Below are positions 10,570 to 20,477 of a stretch of DNA of 64,000 nucleotides, one piece after another. Position numbers and translations under genes: made by a program. The DNA is from an uncultured Candidatus Saccharibacteria bacterium (GTDB lineage Bacteria; Patescibacteriota; Saccharimonadia; CAILAD01; GCA-016700035). Each line of letters begins with the position of its first letter. The first letter of the stretch is position 1. Below the pieces are notes generated by a model. That model did no database searches and was not told the DNA's origin. It was given only the letters and a program-made list of their open reading frames with translations. Where the stretch lies: assembly GCA_964391595.1 (NCBI GenBank), contig CAYMMM010000002.1:16843-80842 (forward strand), written 5' to 3'.

Positions 10570-10570
10570 A

Positions 10571-11608
10571 TCACACCATATTCCTTAGAGCGAGACCGAC
10601 AGCAGTCGAATACGACAGGGCCATACCTGCAAGCCGATCGGTAAAGTCACGTGAGTAGCTGATCTTCTGCCAAGGGTTCCCCATCTCTACAGCTAAGCCG
10701 ATTGCGTTAGCAAGATACACCGGCAGCTCTGGCATGGCAGCTGGCCCGCCAGTAATCACGATTTTCTCGATCTTGCCAGGATTGCCTTGACTGTAGAAGA
10801 AGTCAACGGACTTGCGAATCTCATCTACGACGTTATCGATGAGTGGTTTCATAGCCCGGAAGACTTGCCCCTCGAGCTTCGTTTGCGTCATGCCAAACTT
10901 ACGTACGAACTGCTCGGCCTGAACTTCATCGAGCCCAAGGTTTTGTGCCGTCACACGTATGAGTGACTTGGCACCAATATTGACCGAGCGAATAAGTCCT
11001 GTCACACCCTTCGAAACGAGGGCTATATCGGTCGTCAGCGACGTGAAATCCACGACAACCACATCCATATCTGCGGCTGGCACCATAGCCCGAGCCTGAG
11101 CGATAGCATTCACATCGAGTGCCATGAGCTCGAGACCAGCCGACTGGAAGATCCCGAGATACTTATTTGCTACTACGGTTGGTGTTGCAACCAGGAGCAC
11201 GTCGATCTCTGGCACAGTCTTGTCTTGTGTAATCTTCGTAAAATCTAACTTCACTTGATCGAGCGGCATAGGGATGTATTTATCCGCCTGATACCGAATT
11301 GAGTGTGCGATCTCTTGCTCGGTCATCTGAGGCATCTTGATGATGCTCGCAAAGACCTTACTCGCAGGTAGACCGGCGACAACATTCTTTGTGCTGACAC
11401 GTGCGTCACTGGACAATTGCTTCACAGCAGCAGCTACCCGCTCGAGGTCAGCAGGCGCATCAGAGCTCAAAATACCCTGTGGCAATTCAATATCACCGTA
11501 CGTTACTAACGTAGGTTTATCATGGATATGCTTGAGCTCAACGAGACGAATCCCGGAGTTCCCGAGATCGACACCAAAGTAATGTTCGTCTTCTGTGAAT
11601 ACTTGCAT
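10571..11608 (-). CDS. pilM: Type IV pilus assembly protein PilM
   Basis: Actin-like GVDLG, ITGG and AVGLALR motifs. Confidence 0.95.
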   Translation of the reverse strand: MQVFTEDEHYFGVDLGNSGIRLVELKHIHDKPTLVTYGDIELPQGILSSDAPADLERVAAAVKQLSSDARVSTKNVVAGLPASKVFASIIKMPQMTEQEIAHSIRYQADKYIPMPLDQVKLDFTKITQDKTVPEIDVLLVATPTVVANKYLGIFQSAGLELMALDVNAIAQARAMVPAADMDVVVVDFTSLTTDIALVSKGVTGLIRSVNIGAKSLIRVTAQNLGLDEVQAEQFVRKFGMTQTKLEGQVFRAMKPLIDNVVDEIRKSVDFFYSQGNPGKIEKIVITGGPAAMPELPVYLANAIGLAVEMGNPWQKISYSRDFTDRLAGMALSYSTAVGLALRNMV

Positions 11609-11708
11609 ATTGGTTATGGATAATTCCTTCTTAATTTTACCATAACTACTTTGTAGAATACGTGCTTATCACACAAAGATTTGAGTGAAATATGATGTCG
11701 TTGCCTAG

Positions 11709-14700
11709 CTAGAACTTCGGCGTGAAGTTACCCTGTAGATAGAAGAGAGAGCCCGAATTACCATCTGGAAGCAGGTCGAATCCTGGAGGGGTGGTGATGA
11801 GATTCACGCCATTGCCAATGATCTCCTCAGCGGGACCACCATAATATTTATCGGCAGACTGGTAGTCAAAATTAGGGTCTGAGATACCACGCGCCTGTTG
11901 ATACTCAAAGTGATTCCGTCCGAGTTCGAAGCCGCCAATCGCATACAAACCACCACGCACCACAAGCTTCTCGCTACACTTTTGTGCTGCATCCTTATCG
12001 GTCGTACCAGTTGATGCCGGATACACATCACAGGTCTTAATCTTGCCTGTTGCGAAGATCATCGCATCCAACTCGGTCACAGCAGAGCTGATAGTTACAT
12101 CTCCATTGACGATGATGCCAAAGGCCGGGAATTGCTGTGTGAGACTGGCGAGGTCATTCGCGCCCCCACCGGGACTGCTGACAATGTTCGCATTGATGGT
12201 GAGATTACCCTCATGCACAAGCGAGACCTTGCCTTTTTTGATCGTCCAGTTTCCGCCGCCAGTTGGCTGCTTGAGCGTACCGCCGTTAGCCTGCAGTATT
12301 ACATCACAGTAGCCTCCTTTGGGGTCGCTAACCGTGTAGTCACCCGTGGGCTTCATCTGACTGGTGATATCGGCGGGAGCAACCACACTGGTGCGGCGGG
12401 CTGCACTAGCAGCACCTGCATCGATACAGCTAGGATTCGAATCAATGAACGCCTGTATCTTGCTGAAGTATTGCTTACTTTGACTCTGATCCAGTGCCAT
12501 AGCATACGCACCAAAGCTCTGGGCGCATTCATCACTCGTATCTTGACCAAACACATATGCATTTGAGCTACAGAAATCACTTCCACCGACGACAGACATC
12601 ACCAGATACGTTGCGTCTTTTACTGGATCATCAACTTTTCGTGTGCCTCTCGATCCAAGGGTTTGTCCTTCGATTTTGCCGAGCGCTGCTACCGAGCCAT
12701 TCTGCACGCGTAGCCATGGATGGTACGCATATCGCAATGTCGGTGTGATTGGATTACCGCTCGTATTACAAGTTTCACCAAATGGTGTCACAGTCCCGTC
12801 TTGAGCGATAAATGCCATGCGCCAGGTAATCGGCACATTCACAAGTACGGCGTTCGCCTTCGGTTTCAAGCTTACCGTAAACTCTTTAGCATTACCGTTC
12901 GTTATCACCTCTTTATCACCGAGACTACCTCCGGAAGGCTTACCTTGGTCATCCACTACCCAGTAGTCTGTACTCTTACCAGTCAAGATGAGAGCGTGCT
13001 CACCTGTCGTGTAACCATCCGGGAGGACACCATTACGCCACTGCGAATCCCCTGTATTATTCATCGTCATCTTTACATCTATCGATGTATCGGCATCACC
13101 AAGCTCGTCTGGGAAGGCGGCAGCAAGTGAAGTCGCACCGCAGGTAGCTGCATTGGCACATTGATGTGAATATGGAGTAGCAATGCGGAAGACCTCCTGT
13201 CCGGCGTCGTTCCTTACAATCAAGTATACTGTGCGAGAAAGGCCGTCTCGTGCAGGTGCAGGGATTGTCGCGTTGACAGCACCACTCTGCAAGCCTGACG
13301 CAACTACTATATCCTGGTCTTTCTGATTTAAAATAATATCGACTTTCACTCCATCAGGAACCTTGAGGGTGCCCTTCAAAGTGTCGCAAGTGACTGAAGC
13401 GGTAGACGAGAAGCCTATGTCTGGGTCTAGGACCATAAATGTTCGATATGATCTATTTGGCTCTACCGAAATCGCTGCCGTCAGGTCAGACGTAGCAGTG
13501 ACGGGCTTCGAAGCAGCACAACCATCATCGGCCGCATTGATGTCACAGACAATTGTCCCATATGGCTTGAACCCATCCGGAACCTTTGTCATAGAGGTCT
13601 TATAATCTCCATAATACAAGTCACCCTTGACCAAGCTATTCGCTGCGCCTGTAGGAGCGCCTGAAGCACTCGTTGCGTAATTTGTACGCGTACCATCTGC
13701 ATTCAAGTGATCCTTGAGAGCTCCACCTGGCCCAGTTCGACTAATAGACACTGTGCCCGCTCGACATAAAGCTTGTACGTATGCCTTGTCAGAGCTGCAA
13801 GGATTGATCATGGTGCCATCCTTAGGGTTGCGAATATATACCGCTGTACTTACAGTGGAAGGCCTCGGCGCATATAGCCATCGTGTTTCGACAGTGGTTC
13901 CGGGATACATCACCGGTATGTCGTATACACGATCACCCGATGTGGTACCTCCAACAGATCCGTCTAGCGCACGGTAGAGACCAGTATACCCATCTTGTGT
14001 CCAATCATCAGTATCATCAGCCACCATACGGTTGGTTTTGGTCGGATCTACATTGTAGAAGAAGTATGGGTTTGAAGTACTTACTGCAGCACCGAGATGC
14101 ACGCCGGCGTCAGTAAACTCACCCGCTGGTGGAAGAGAGCCATCTGGCTTGCGTTCCACCTTATAACCATTGACCGAGGTCGACGCAGTATTTGACTCTA
14201 CGAATTCGAAGTATATAAATGACTCAACGCCGTTCTTTGCATATATTTCTACAGCCTTACCATCGAAACCATAGTCCTTGTCCGAGCGACCCCCTGACTG
14301 GAAATGCCAGTATCCTATCCAGTGTCCCTTCTTTGTACTACCTCCATATGATATCTCAGTACTACTCCCGGCAACGCTTACATTCAGCTTAAACTCACCG
14401 AGCGGAATACCCTGAGAGTCACCACACCATACCAACTGACTGTACGATCGATAGCCAAAGTCACCGCGTTTAAATACATCTCCCGCGGTTCCCTCATTGG
14501 TCTTGAATACGATAGAGTTCGTCGTAGGATTTCCGCCTCCCGGTGACAAGTTATGACCATTGTAAGGGGAGTTCGCTATAGGAATGTCTGGGCCATTTGA
14601 CGGCGTGCGCGGCACTACCTTTACCGTTACATCTAGGTCTTTAATCGGGTGTAATTTACCCGAGAGATCCTGGTAGCCTAGGCCTACGCTCAGGTCAGCC

Positions 14701-14792
14701 GGATTGCTTGCCGAAGCATGATGTGTGCCCAAGATAAGTGACGCTACGAGACTCAAGCCGGCTATATAAGTGAATCGCATCAGTCGTTTCAT
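11709..14792 (-). CDS. Large secreted beta-rich protein, putative pilus-associated adhesin
   Basis: Signal peptide; Ig-like segments incl. NBR1-Ig-like 'MNNTGDSQW...WRM...FGE'; Cys pairs; directly upstream of pilM. Confidence 0.7.
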   Translation of the reverse strand: MKRLMRFTYIAGLSLVASLILGTHHASASNPADLSVGLGYQDLSGKLHPIKDLDVTVKVVPRTPSNGPDIPIANSPYNGHNLSPGGGNPTTNSIVFKTNEGTAGDVFKRGDFGYRSYSQLVWCGDSQGIPLGEFKLNVSVAGSSTEISYGGSTKKGHWIGYWHFQSGGRSDKDYGFDGKAVEIYAKNGVESFIYFEFVESNTASTSVNGYKVERKPDGSLPPAGEFTDAGVHLGAAVSTSNPYFFYNVDPTKTNRMVADDTDDWTQDGYTGLYRALDGSVGGTTSGDRVYDIPVMYPGTTVETRWLYAPRPSTVSTAVYIRNPKDGTMINPCSSDKAYVQALCRAGTVSISRTGPGGALKDHLNADGTRTNYATSASGAPTGAANSLVKGDLYYGDYKTSMTKVPDGFKPYGTIVCDINAADDGCAASKPVTATSDLTAAISVEPNRSYRTFMVLDPDIGFSSTASVTCDTLKGTLKVPDGVKVDIILNQKDQDIVVASGLQSGAVNATIPAPARDGLSRTVYLIVRNDAGQEVFRIATPYSHQCANAATCGATSLAAAFPDELGDADTSIDVKMTMNNTGDSQWRNGVLPDGYTTGEHALILTGKSTDYWVVDDQGKPSGGSLGDKEVITNGNAKEFTVSLKPKANAVLVNVPITWRMAFIAQDGTVTPFGETCNTSGNPITPTLRYAYHPWLRVQNGSVAALGKIEGQTLGSRGTRKVDDPVKDATYLVMSVVGGSDFCSSNAYVFGQDTSDECAQSFGAYAMALDQSQSKQYFSKIQAFIDSNPSCIDAGAASAARRTSVVAPADITSQMKPTGDYTVSDPKGGYCDVILQANGGTLKQPTGGGNWTIKKGKVSLVHEGNLTINANIVSSPGGGANDLASLTQQFPAFGIIVNGDVTISSAVTELDAMIFATGKIKTCDVYPASTGTTDKDAAQKCSEKLVVRGGLYAIGGFELGRNHFEYQQARGISDPNFDYQSADKYYGGPAEEIIGNGVNLITTPPGFDLLPDGNSGSLFYLQGNFTPKF

Positions 14793-14797
14793 ACCGC

Positions 14798-15850
14798 TTA
14801 TCCCTTCGCCAATGCTAATTGCAGTGTATAATAATCTGCCACGGCCTGTCCGCGCAACAACGTGGTCAGCTTCACGAAGACATAACCAACCTGGCGCTGC
14901 TTCCCGCTTGCCGGGTAGCCAGGATCAGCCTGAATTGTCCCAATCGACGTAATGCCGAGTTGGTTTTGTGCTTGGAGGAATGCATCTAGAGAGCTGCCAC
15001 GGCCATCATCATTGATTGGGATTCCACTAGAGAGTGAGGTCTTGTACAGTGCAGAGCCGTTTGCCTCATCATAGAGCTGCAAACGATTGTCTGCCTCTAG
15101 TGCGTTCACTATCGCATCTTCAGTTATCTCGCCCTTCTGCAATTTTGTACGATATTCGTTTGCCTTTGATTCAGCGTAAGCCTTGTCTTCGGCCAATGCA
15201 TTTGCATCCCCCCATCCAGCTATGTTTTCCTCAGGTAGCTTGTTGACAATCGTACGGCCGTACCAGAAATAAAACACATACCCCTCGTAGTAGCCAGTAG
15301 TCTTAATGAGCTCGAGCTTCTTGTCGATAATCGCGTTATAGGCCTGTACTACTTGTTCTCTTGTGGGTGACACGCCTATAAACTGAGTAAACTGGTTCAG
15401 ATCCTCTTGTGTCGGTGCAAATCCTGCGACATATGCTGCCATATACTTGGGACCGATGTCGGCACGGACCTTTGCTCGATCATCCTCGGTCAACGAAGCT
15501 ACAGGCGCGCTCGAATTAAATGCATCGACGGCCTTCTGTTTGGTATTCTCATCTGAAAGCGTTGGCTTCTCTTGGCCATTGATCGTCGTTGGCTTGCGAG
15601 TGAAGTACAAGTAGCCAGCACTAATCACGCCGATGAGCAGCACCGGTATCAGGACGAATTTCAGCAGCTTAGCAAACAAGCCACCTCGACCCTTCCCCAC
15701 GTCGCCAGTAGCAGTACGACTACGATAAGACTTCGTTTCTGGCGTTTCCTTCCGGGATAGCACTTGTGATGGACGCACAATAGAGCCGGGCTTAGCTGGC
15801 TTCGGATCTCCGTCCTTCTTTGTGCTCAGACTATCAATCGTGCGGGGCAT
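14798..15850 (-). CDS. Membrane-anchored protein, weak resemblance to PrsA/SurA foldases
   Basis: Basic N-terminal tail, one TM, helical ectodomain ('KANEYRTKLQKGE', 'GYVFVKL'). Confidence 0.55.
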   Translation of the reverse strand: MPRTIDSLSTKKDGDPKPAKPGSIVRPSQVLSRKETPETKSYRSRTATGDVGKGRGGLFAKLLKFVLIPVLLIGVISAGYLYFTRKPTTINGQEKPTLSDENTKQKAVDAFNSSAPVASLTEDDRAKVRADIGPKYMAAYVAGFAPTQEDLNQFTQFIGVSPTREQVVQAYNAIIDKKLELIKTTGYYEGYVFYFWYGRTIVNKLPEENIAGWGDANALAEDKAYAESKANEYRTKLQKGEITEDAIVNALEADNRLQLYDEANGSALYKTSLSSGIPINDDGRGSSLDAFLQAQNQLGITSIGTIQADPGYPASGKQRQVGYVFVKLTTLLRGQAVADYYTLQLALAKG

Positions 15851-15879
15851 ATTTTTTCCACGTCATAATACTTACGTCT

Positions 15880-15908
15880 ATCTTAGCGTGGAGCTATATC
15901 GAGCGCAA
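15880..15908 (-). promoter_or_regulatory. sigma70 promoter at head of pilus region
   Basis: TTGCGC-17nt-TAAGAT. Confidence 0.5.
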
Positions 15909-15980
15909 GCACTTTGACTCCTTCATCGTAGGACAAATGAACACCTGACAATGCTCGCTGCCATCTGGTACAATAACCAG

Positions 15981-17063
15981 ATGAGTAACCTCAGCATCGG
16001 TATCGTCGGTCTTCCAAATGTCGGCAAATCGACTCTCTTCAACGCCCTCACCAAATCTGACATTTTGGCAGCTAATTACCCTTTTGCGACCATTGAACCA
16101 AATGTTGGAATAGTGCCGTTGCCGGATGATCGTCTCGAAAAGCTCGCCGATGTCGCACATGCCGCCAAAATTGTGCCTGCACCCGTGAGCTTCACAGACA
16201 TCGCTGGTATTGTGAAGGGAGCTTCAGAAGGAGCCGGTCTTGGCAATAAGTTCTTAAGCCACATCCGTGAGTGCGGAGCTATCGTGCAGGTCGTGCGTGC
16301 TTTCGAGAACGACGATATCATCCACGTCGACAATTCGATCGACCCAATGCGCGACATCGACACCATCAAGACTGAGCTAATCCTGGCTGATCTCAGTACA
16401 ATCGACAAGGCGATTCCTCGCTATGAGAAGGAATCAAAAAACTCACCCGAAGCCAAGCTAGCCGTCGGCGAGTTGCAATCTCTCCGCGCAGCTCTCGATA
16501 GTGGTAAGCTCGCGATTAGTCAGTACGCCGAAGAGGTTCCACAAACCGTGCGGGAGCTTCAGCTCTTGACCGCCAAACCTTTCATATATGTCATCAATGT
16601 CGACGAAGCTGGACTGAATGACACCTCCAAACATCAAGAACTCATAGCCAGCGTCGCCCCTATCCCAGCGATCGTACTTTGCGCTGAGCTCGAATCACAG
16701 CTCAAAGACATGACGCGCGAAGAGGCACGTGAGCTCTTGTCGGAGTATGGACAGACCGAATCAGGTCTCGAAAAACTCGCGCATCTTGGGTTTGCGACAC
16801 TAGGTCTCCAGACGTACTTCACTGCCGGCGAGATGGAAGCAAAGGCCTGGGTGATTCCGCAAGGTGCTACCGCTCCTGAGGCAGCCGGTGTCATCCACAC
16901 GGACTTCGAAAAAGGATTTATTAAGGCTGAAGTTGTCGGTTATGAAGATTTCGTGACACTTGGCGGCTGGACCGGTGCGCGTGAGGCCGGCAAGGCGCGA
17001 CTCGAAGGTCGCGACTATATCATGCAAGATGGCGACGTCGTGCTGTTTAAGTTTAACGTGTAA
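15981..17063 (+). CDS. ychF: Redox-regulated ATPase YchF
   Basis: GIVGLPNVGKST, NYPFATIEPN, TGS domain ending FKFNV; start reset to ATG 15981, 6 nt after TGnTACAAT. Confidence 0.97.
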   Translation: MSNLSIGIVGLPNVGKSTLFNALTKSDILAANYPFATIEPNVGIVPLPDDRLEKLADVAHAAKIVPAPVSFTDIAGIVKGASEGAGLGNKFLSHIRECGAIVQVVRAFENDDIIHVDNSIDPMRDIDTIKTELILADLSTIDKAIPRYEKESKNSPEAKLAVGELQSLRAALDSGKLAISQYAEEVPQTVRELQLLTAKPFIYVINVDEAGLNDTSKHQELIASVAPIPAIVLCAELESQLKDMTREEARELLSEYGQTESGLEKLAHLGFATLGLQTYFTAGEMEAKAWVIPQGATAPEAAGVIHTDFEKGFIKAEVVGYEDFVTLGGWTGAREAGKARLEGRDYIMQDGDVVLFKFNV

Positions 17064-17068
17064 AAAAT

Positions 17069-17869
17069 CTATCTTTGACCTTGCGGCAAACCAATTTCAC
17101 CCTGCAAGCCATACATCCTGTCACCCTGCACAGTAATCCCGTGCACCCTGGCCGCGAGTCTCGTACCATCCCTTAGTTGGTCAATGAAATCTCCCTCAAC
17201 GGCATACACCATCGGCGAAAAGACCGTCTCTCCCTGACTATTCCATGAGAAAGAGTTGTATGGATCGTAAATGACCTGACCCTCCTCGTCCTCAAGAAGA
17301 ATATAGCCATGCCCTGCTAGATAATCACTCCCGATATCTGCCATACCGCCAGATATATATTTCGATTTGATACCACAGGCTTGAAAAACTTGCTGAGCCA
17401 CCACGCTAATCTCAGTGCACTTCCCGCATTGTTTTTCTACAACGTCCGAGATAGACCGCGCATGTTTTGCTTTGTAATATGTACTTCGCAATCGATTTCG
17501 GTTCGGGTTATTACCCAGTCCCCTTTTTCCTAAAGCAGCATTCACTGCCATGATTTCTGCCATCAACTTCGGAGTCACTTTTCCAGCTATATTTAATACC
17601 GGAACTATCGTCTCGACATATTCTTGTATCGATTCAGGGGTTACGTCATCAGCTATATCACTTGCGAGGCCTTCGGTGTCAATTACCATATATGCAAGTT
17701 CGTCCTGCCGAAACAAGCCCTGGGCAGTAGGGATAATGTGTCCGTCGACTAGTTTATGAGTAGTAAAATTTACGCTATTGACTGAGGGGGTAAATTCGGT
17801 CAAGTCGATAGATGGAACGATCGGCTCGCTGTCGGCTTCCCCCGTTTCGCGCTCGGCATGATTGGTCAT
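17069..17869 (-). CDS. Transglutaminase/papain-like domain protein
   Basis: Cys-His-Asp spacing: GKCTE...GHGY...IYDP. Confidence 0.6.
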   Translation of the reverse strand: MTNHAERETGEADSEPIVPSIDLTEFTPSVNSVNFTTHKLVDGHIIPTAQGLFRQDELAYMVIDTEGLASDIADDVTPESIQEYVETIVPVLNIAGKVTPKLMAEIMAVNAALGKRGLGNNPNRNRLRSTYYKAKHARSISDVVEKQCGKCTEISVVAQQVFQACGIKSKYISGGMADIGSDYLAGHGYILLEDEEGQVIYDPYNSFSWNSQGETVFSPMVYAVEGDFIDQLRDGTRLAARVHGITVQGDRMYGLQGEIGLPQGQR

Positions 17870-17979
17870 ACACGAAGTATAGCTTATATATATGTGCTAA
17901 ATAACTCACTACCATGTAGCACCCAATTAACTCAATGGAGAAAGATATACGAAAGCCCAGTCCGAAGACCGGGCATAGT

Positions 17980-18444
17980 TTAGCGCTGCAACTGAGCGCA
18001 AATTTCACGAAGCAGTTCGATCGATACGACATCCTCCATATCACGCTGATGGTGATTTCCGAACTCAGGATCATCGAAGACCTTATCCCCGATACGAACC
18101 GGGTGCGCATATCTGGGTCGCACATGCCAATGTACATGTGGTAGGGGTCGACTCACTCGGTATGCGTTGTTCATCAACGCCATCCACGTCACATGTGTTG
18201 CGTCGAGATTTTGCTTGGCAGCTTTTTCGTAGCGCCGGATTACTTCCCAGAGTTCCTTGAACTCAGCCGTACTGAGGCCTGACAGCTCAGGCACGTGCCG
18301 CAAAGACGTTACATATGCCCTACCGAGATAGTACTGGTCGGGAGCCAAACTGACTCGCCACGACGCAGTCTCAAATACCACAACCTGCTCATCTGCCGCC
18401 AAGACAGCACAGATATCACAGCCAGCAACTTTTCTGGTATCCAA
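17980..18444 (-). CDS. HIT family hydrolase
   Basis: CxxC near N-terminus; HVHWH triad followed by VRPRY. Confidence 0.9.
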   Translation of the reverse strand: MDTRKVAGCDICAVLAADEQVVVFETASWRVSLAPDQYYLGRAYVTSLRHVPELSGLSTAEFKELWEVIRRYEKAAKQNLDATHVTWMALMNNAYRVSRPLPHVHWHVRPRYAHPVRIGDKVFDDPEFGNHHQRDMEDVVSIELLREICAQLQR

Positions 18445-18583
18445 GGTACTTTCCTTTACTCTAGAGAACGGATTGCATTATACTATCGAGCCTTGAGCTG
18501 CAGCAAAGATAAGGACTTTGAAACTAGGGCTTCTGTATCCTCAGTCAAACACTAGGTGGTGTTCGTTCCCCGCAGCATAACCT

Positions 18584-19480
18584 TCAATTGCTTAGCGTGC
18601 CTCGTGCTGCTGCATCTAAGAACGCCTGACTGGCAGCATCATCGAGCAGCCAAGGCGCCTCAGGCTTCACGCCAACTTGAGCACATGCTGTAACAAAAGC
18701 CTTTCGCTTATCACTACCCGCATTGATGGCCTCCTCATACGTTGCACCAAGCCTTGCCATACGTACAGAGTGACTTAATCTCTTTACGCCGCGCGCACTG
18801 GGTTCTTGTACCATCCCTATGTGCTCAACAGGTATACTCCCATCCGCAGGAGACTGAAACACCCGTGGCACCTCATTCCACATTGTCTGCGGGAATCTTC
18901 CGCCGTGGTACAGTGTCGTAATTATCTCGATAATCCTGTCTGGTTGCGTAGTATAAATATCCGGTGCGTCGTAACCGTGATCCATCACCTTCCAGGCGAT
19001 GTCGATACCGGTCGCAGTTGCTGCAACTATGAGCTGCTTGAGGAATGCCTGTTGATACTGAGGAGTCTCTCCACTCTCTCTAGTATGGTCGGCAAGTGAG
19101 AGATAGAACTTCGTGCGAGCAAGCTTTTGTTCTGGGGTGAATTCGGGAGGATCTTCGTCTTGGCTATACAAAATACTTGCTTCTGATCCAATACCGACAT
19201 GGAATGATTTTACTTTTCTCACCCCAGCATTTCGTAGAGATTCAGCAAGCTCTAGTTCGTTGACTACGATGCTGCCAGTACGCATTGAGTAATCGCCAGA
19301 CATATACGCCTCGAGACTCATCCCTGCTTCGCGGGCTGCTAGCTCGTAGCCATCGATCTCCGCTAGACGTGCTGTGATTTCACGCTCGCGAAGAAGATCA
19401 CCCCGAAGCTCTGACCGTGCTGCTGAGTCAATGCTATCTTGCGACTCTCCTTCTCTCCCACCAACTATTACCATATCCAT
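18584..19480 (-). CDS. Hypothetical protein, possible HopA1-like domain
   Basis: 298-aa ORF; KFYL...WKV...IGMVQEP...SHS motif order. Confidence 0.5.
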   Translation of the reverse strand: MDMVIVGGREGESQDSIDSAARSELRGDLLREREITARLAEIDGYELAAREAGMSLEAYMSGDYSMRTGSIVVNELELAESLRNAGVRKVKSFHVGIGSEASILYSQDEDPPEFTPEQKLARTKFYLSLADHTRESGETPQYQQAFLKQLIVAATATGIDIAWKVMDHGYDAPDIYTTQPDRIIEIITTLYHGGRFPQTMWNEVPRVFQSPADGSIPVEHIGMVQEPSARGVKRLSHSVRMARLGATYEEAINAGSDKRKAFVTACAQVGVKPEAPWLLDDAASQAFLDAAARGTLSN

Positions 19481-19528
19481 ACTCTACCACAGCAACAAGG
19501 CTGATCTGTGCTGGCACCTAGTTCGTGA

Positions 19529-20089
19529 TTACTTCAAACGTTCGAGGTAGGCGCCAGTACGCGTATCTACTTTCACCATGTCGCCTGCCTTAATGAAGAG
19601 CGGCGCTTGTACTTCGATGCCAGTCTCGAGCTTCACAGCCTTAGTAGCACCAGCAGCCGAGTTACCCTTGTCAGAGCCTGGTGCCTCCACTACCTTCAGT
19701 GGGACATTCTTCGGCCACTCAAAGCCGATGATTTGACCCTGGAAGAGATAGCCTTCGATCTCACCACCCTCTACGATGTACTTCGGCAGATCAGCATCTA
19801 CCTTAGTTGAAACTTCATGCGTCTCATACGACTCCATGTCCATAAGCGAGTGAATATCACCCTGCGTGTACAGATACTGGAGCTTCACGCGCTGTAAGTC
19901 AGCAGGCTTCACGCGCTCATCATTACGAAACGTGCGGTCAATTACCCCGCCGGTGATGAGATTCTTAAGCTTAGTATTCACGATTGACCCGCCACGTCCC
20001 ATTTGCTTCTGGGCGTAATCTACTACCTTATATGGCGCGCCATCAATCTCTATCAGAGTGTCTTTGCGTAAATCAGTTGGTCCGTACAT
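19529..20089 (-). CDS. efp: Elongation factor P
   Basis: PLFIKAGDMVKVDTRTGAYLER C-terminal motif. Confidence 0.97.
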   Translation of the reverse strand: MYGPTDLRKDTLIEIDGAPYKVVDYAQKQMGRGGSIVNTKLKNLITGGVIDRTFRNDERVKPADLQRVKLQYLYTQGDIHSLMDMESYETHEVSTKVDADLPKYIVEGGEIEGYLFQGQIIGFEWPKNVPLKVVEAPGSDKGNSAAGATKAVKLETGIEVQAPLFIKAGDMVKVDTRTGAYLERLK

Positions 20090-20118
20090 ATCTTATAGGT
20101 CTCCTATATTACTCAGGA

Positions 20119-20236
20119 GGCACGTAAGCTTGGATGAGCCGCAAGGCAGCGGCGAGAATCGCAGCGGAGCTTACTAGTTGTAAGTAGAGCGAGACTCACA
20201 GACCGCTAACGAAGCGGCTCGCCAAGATCGCGTGCC
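20119..20236. repeat. ERIC-like palindromic element, copy 1
   Basis: Nested inverted repeats GGCACG/CGTGCC, CTTGG/CCAAG, GAGCCGC/GCGGCTC; apical CTTAC-TAGTT-GTAAG; GCAAGGC and GAATC..GGAGCTTAC resemble the ERIC consensus. Confidence 0.7.
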
Positions 20237-20238
20237 GA

Positions 20239-20451
20239 TTATTTGACGACGAATGGAAGCAGCGCCAAGTGTCTAGCCCGCTTCAAAGCCTGAGCCAGCA
20301 AACGCTGATGTTTCATAGAAGCGCCAGTACGCTTGCGACCTTCGATCTTGCCAACGCTATTTACGTAACGCTGCAAAAGCTTGACGTCTTTGTAGTCGAT
20401 GACTTCGATGTCTTCGCTATACAGACGGTTTTGTTTACGAAATTCTGCCAT
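20239..20451 (-). CDS. rpsR: 30S ribosomal protein S18
   Basis: IDYKDVKLL...[11 protein letters not shown]. Confidence 0.98.
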   Translation of the reverse strand: MAEFRKQNRLYSEDIEVIDYKDVKLLQRYVNSVGKIEGRKRTGASMKHQRLLAQALKRARHLALLPFVVK

Positions 20452-20477
20452 GTTTCTATACTATCCTTTCATGATCC

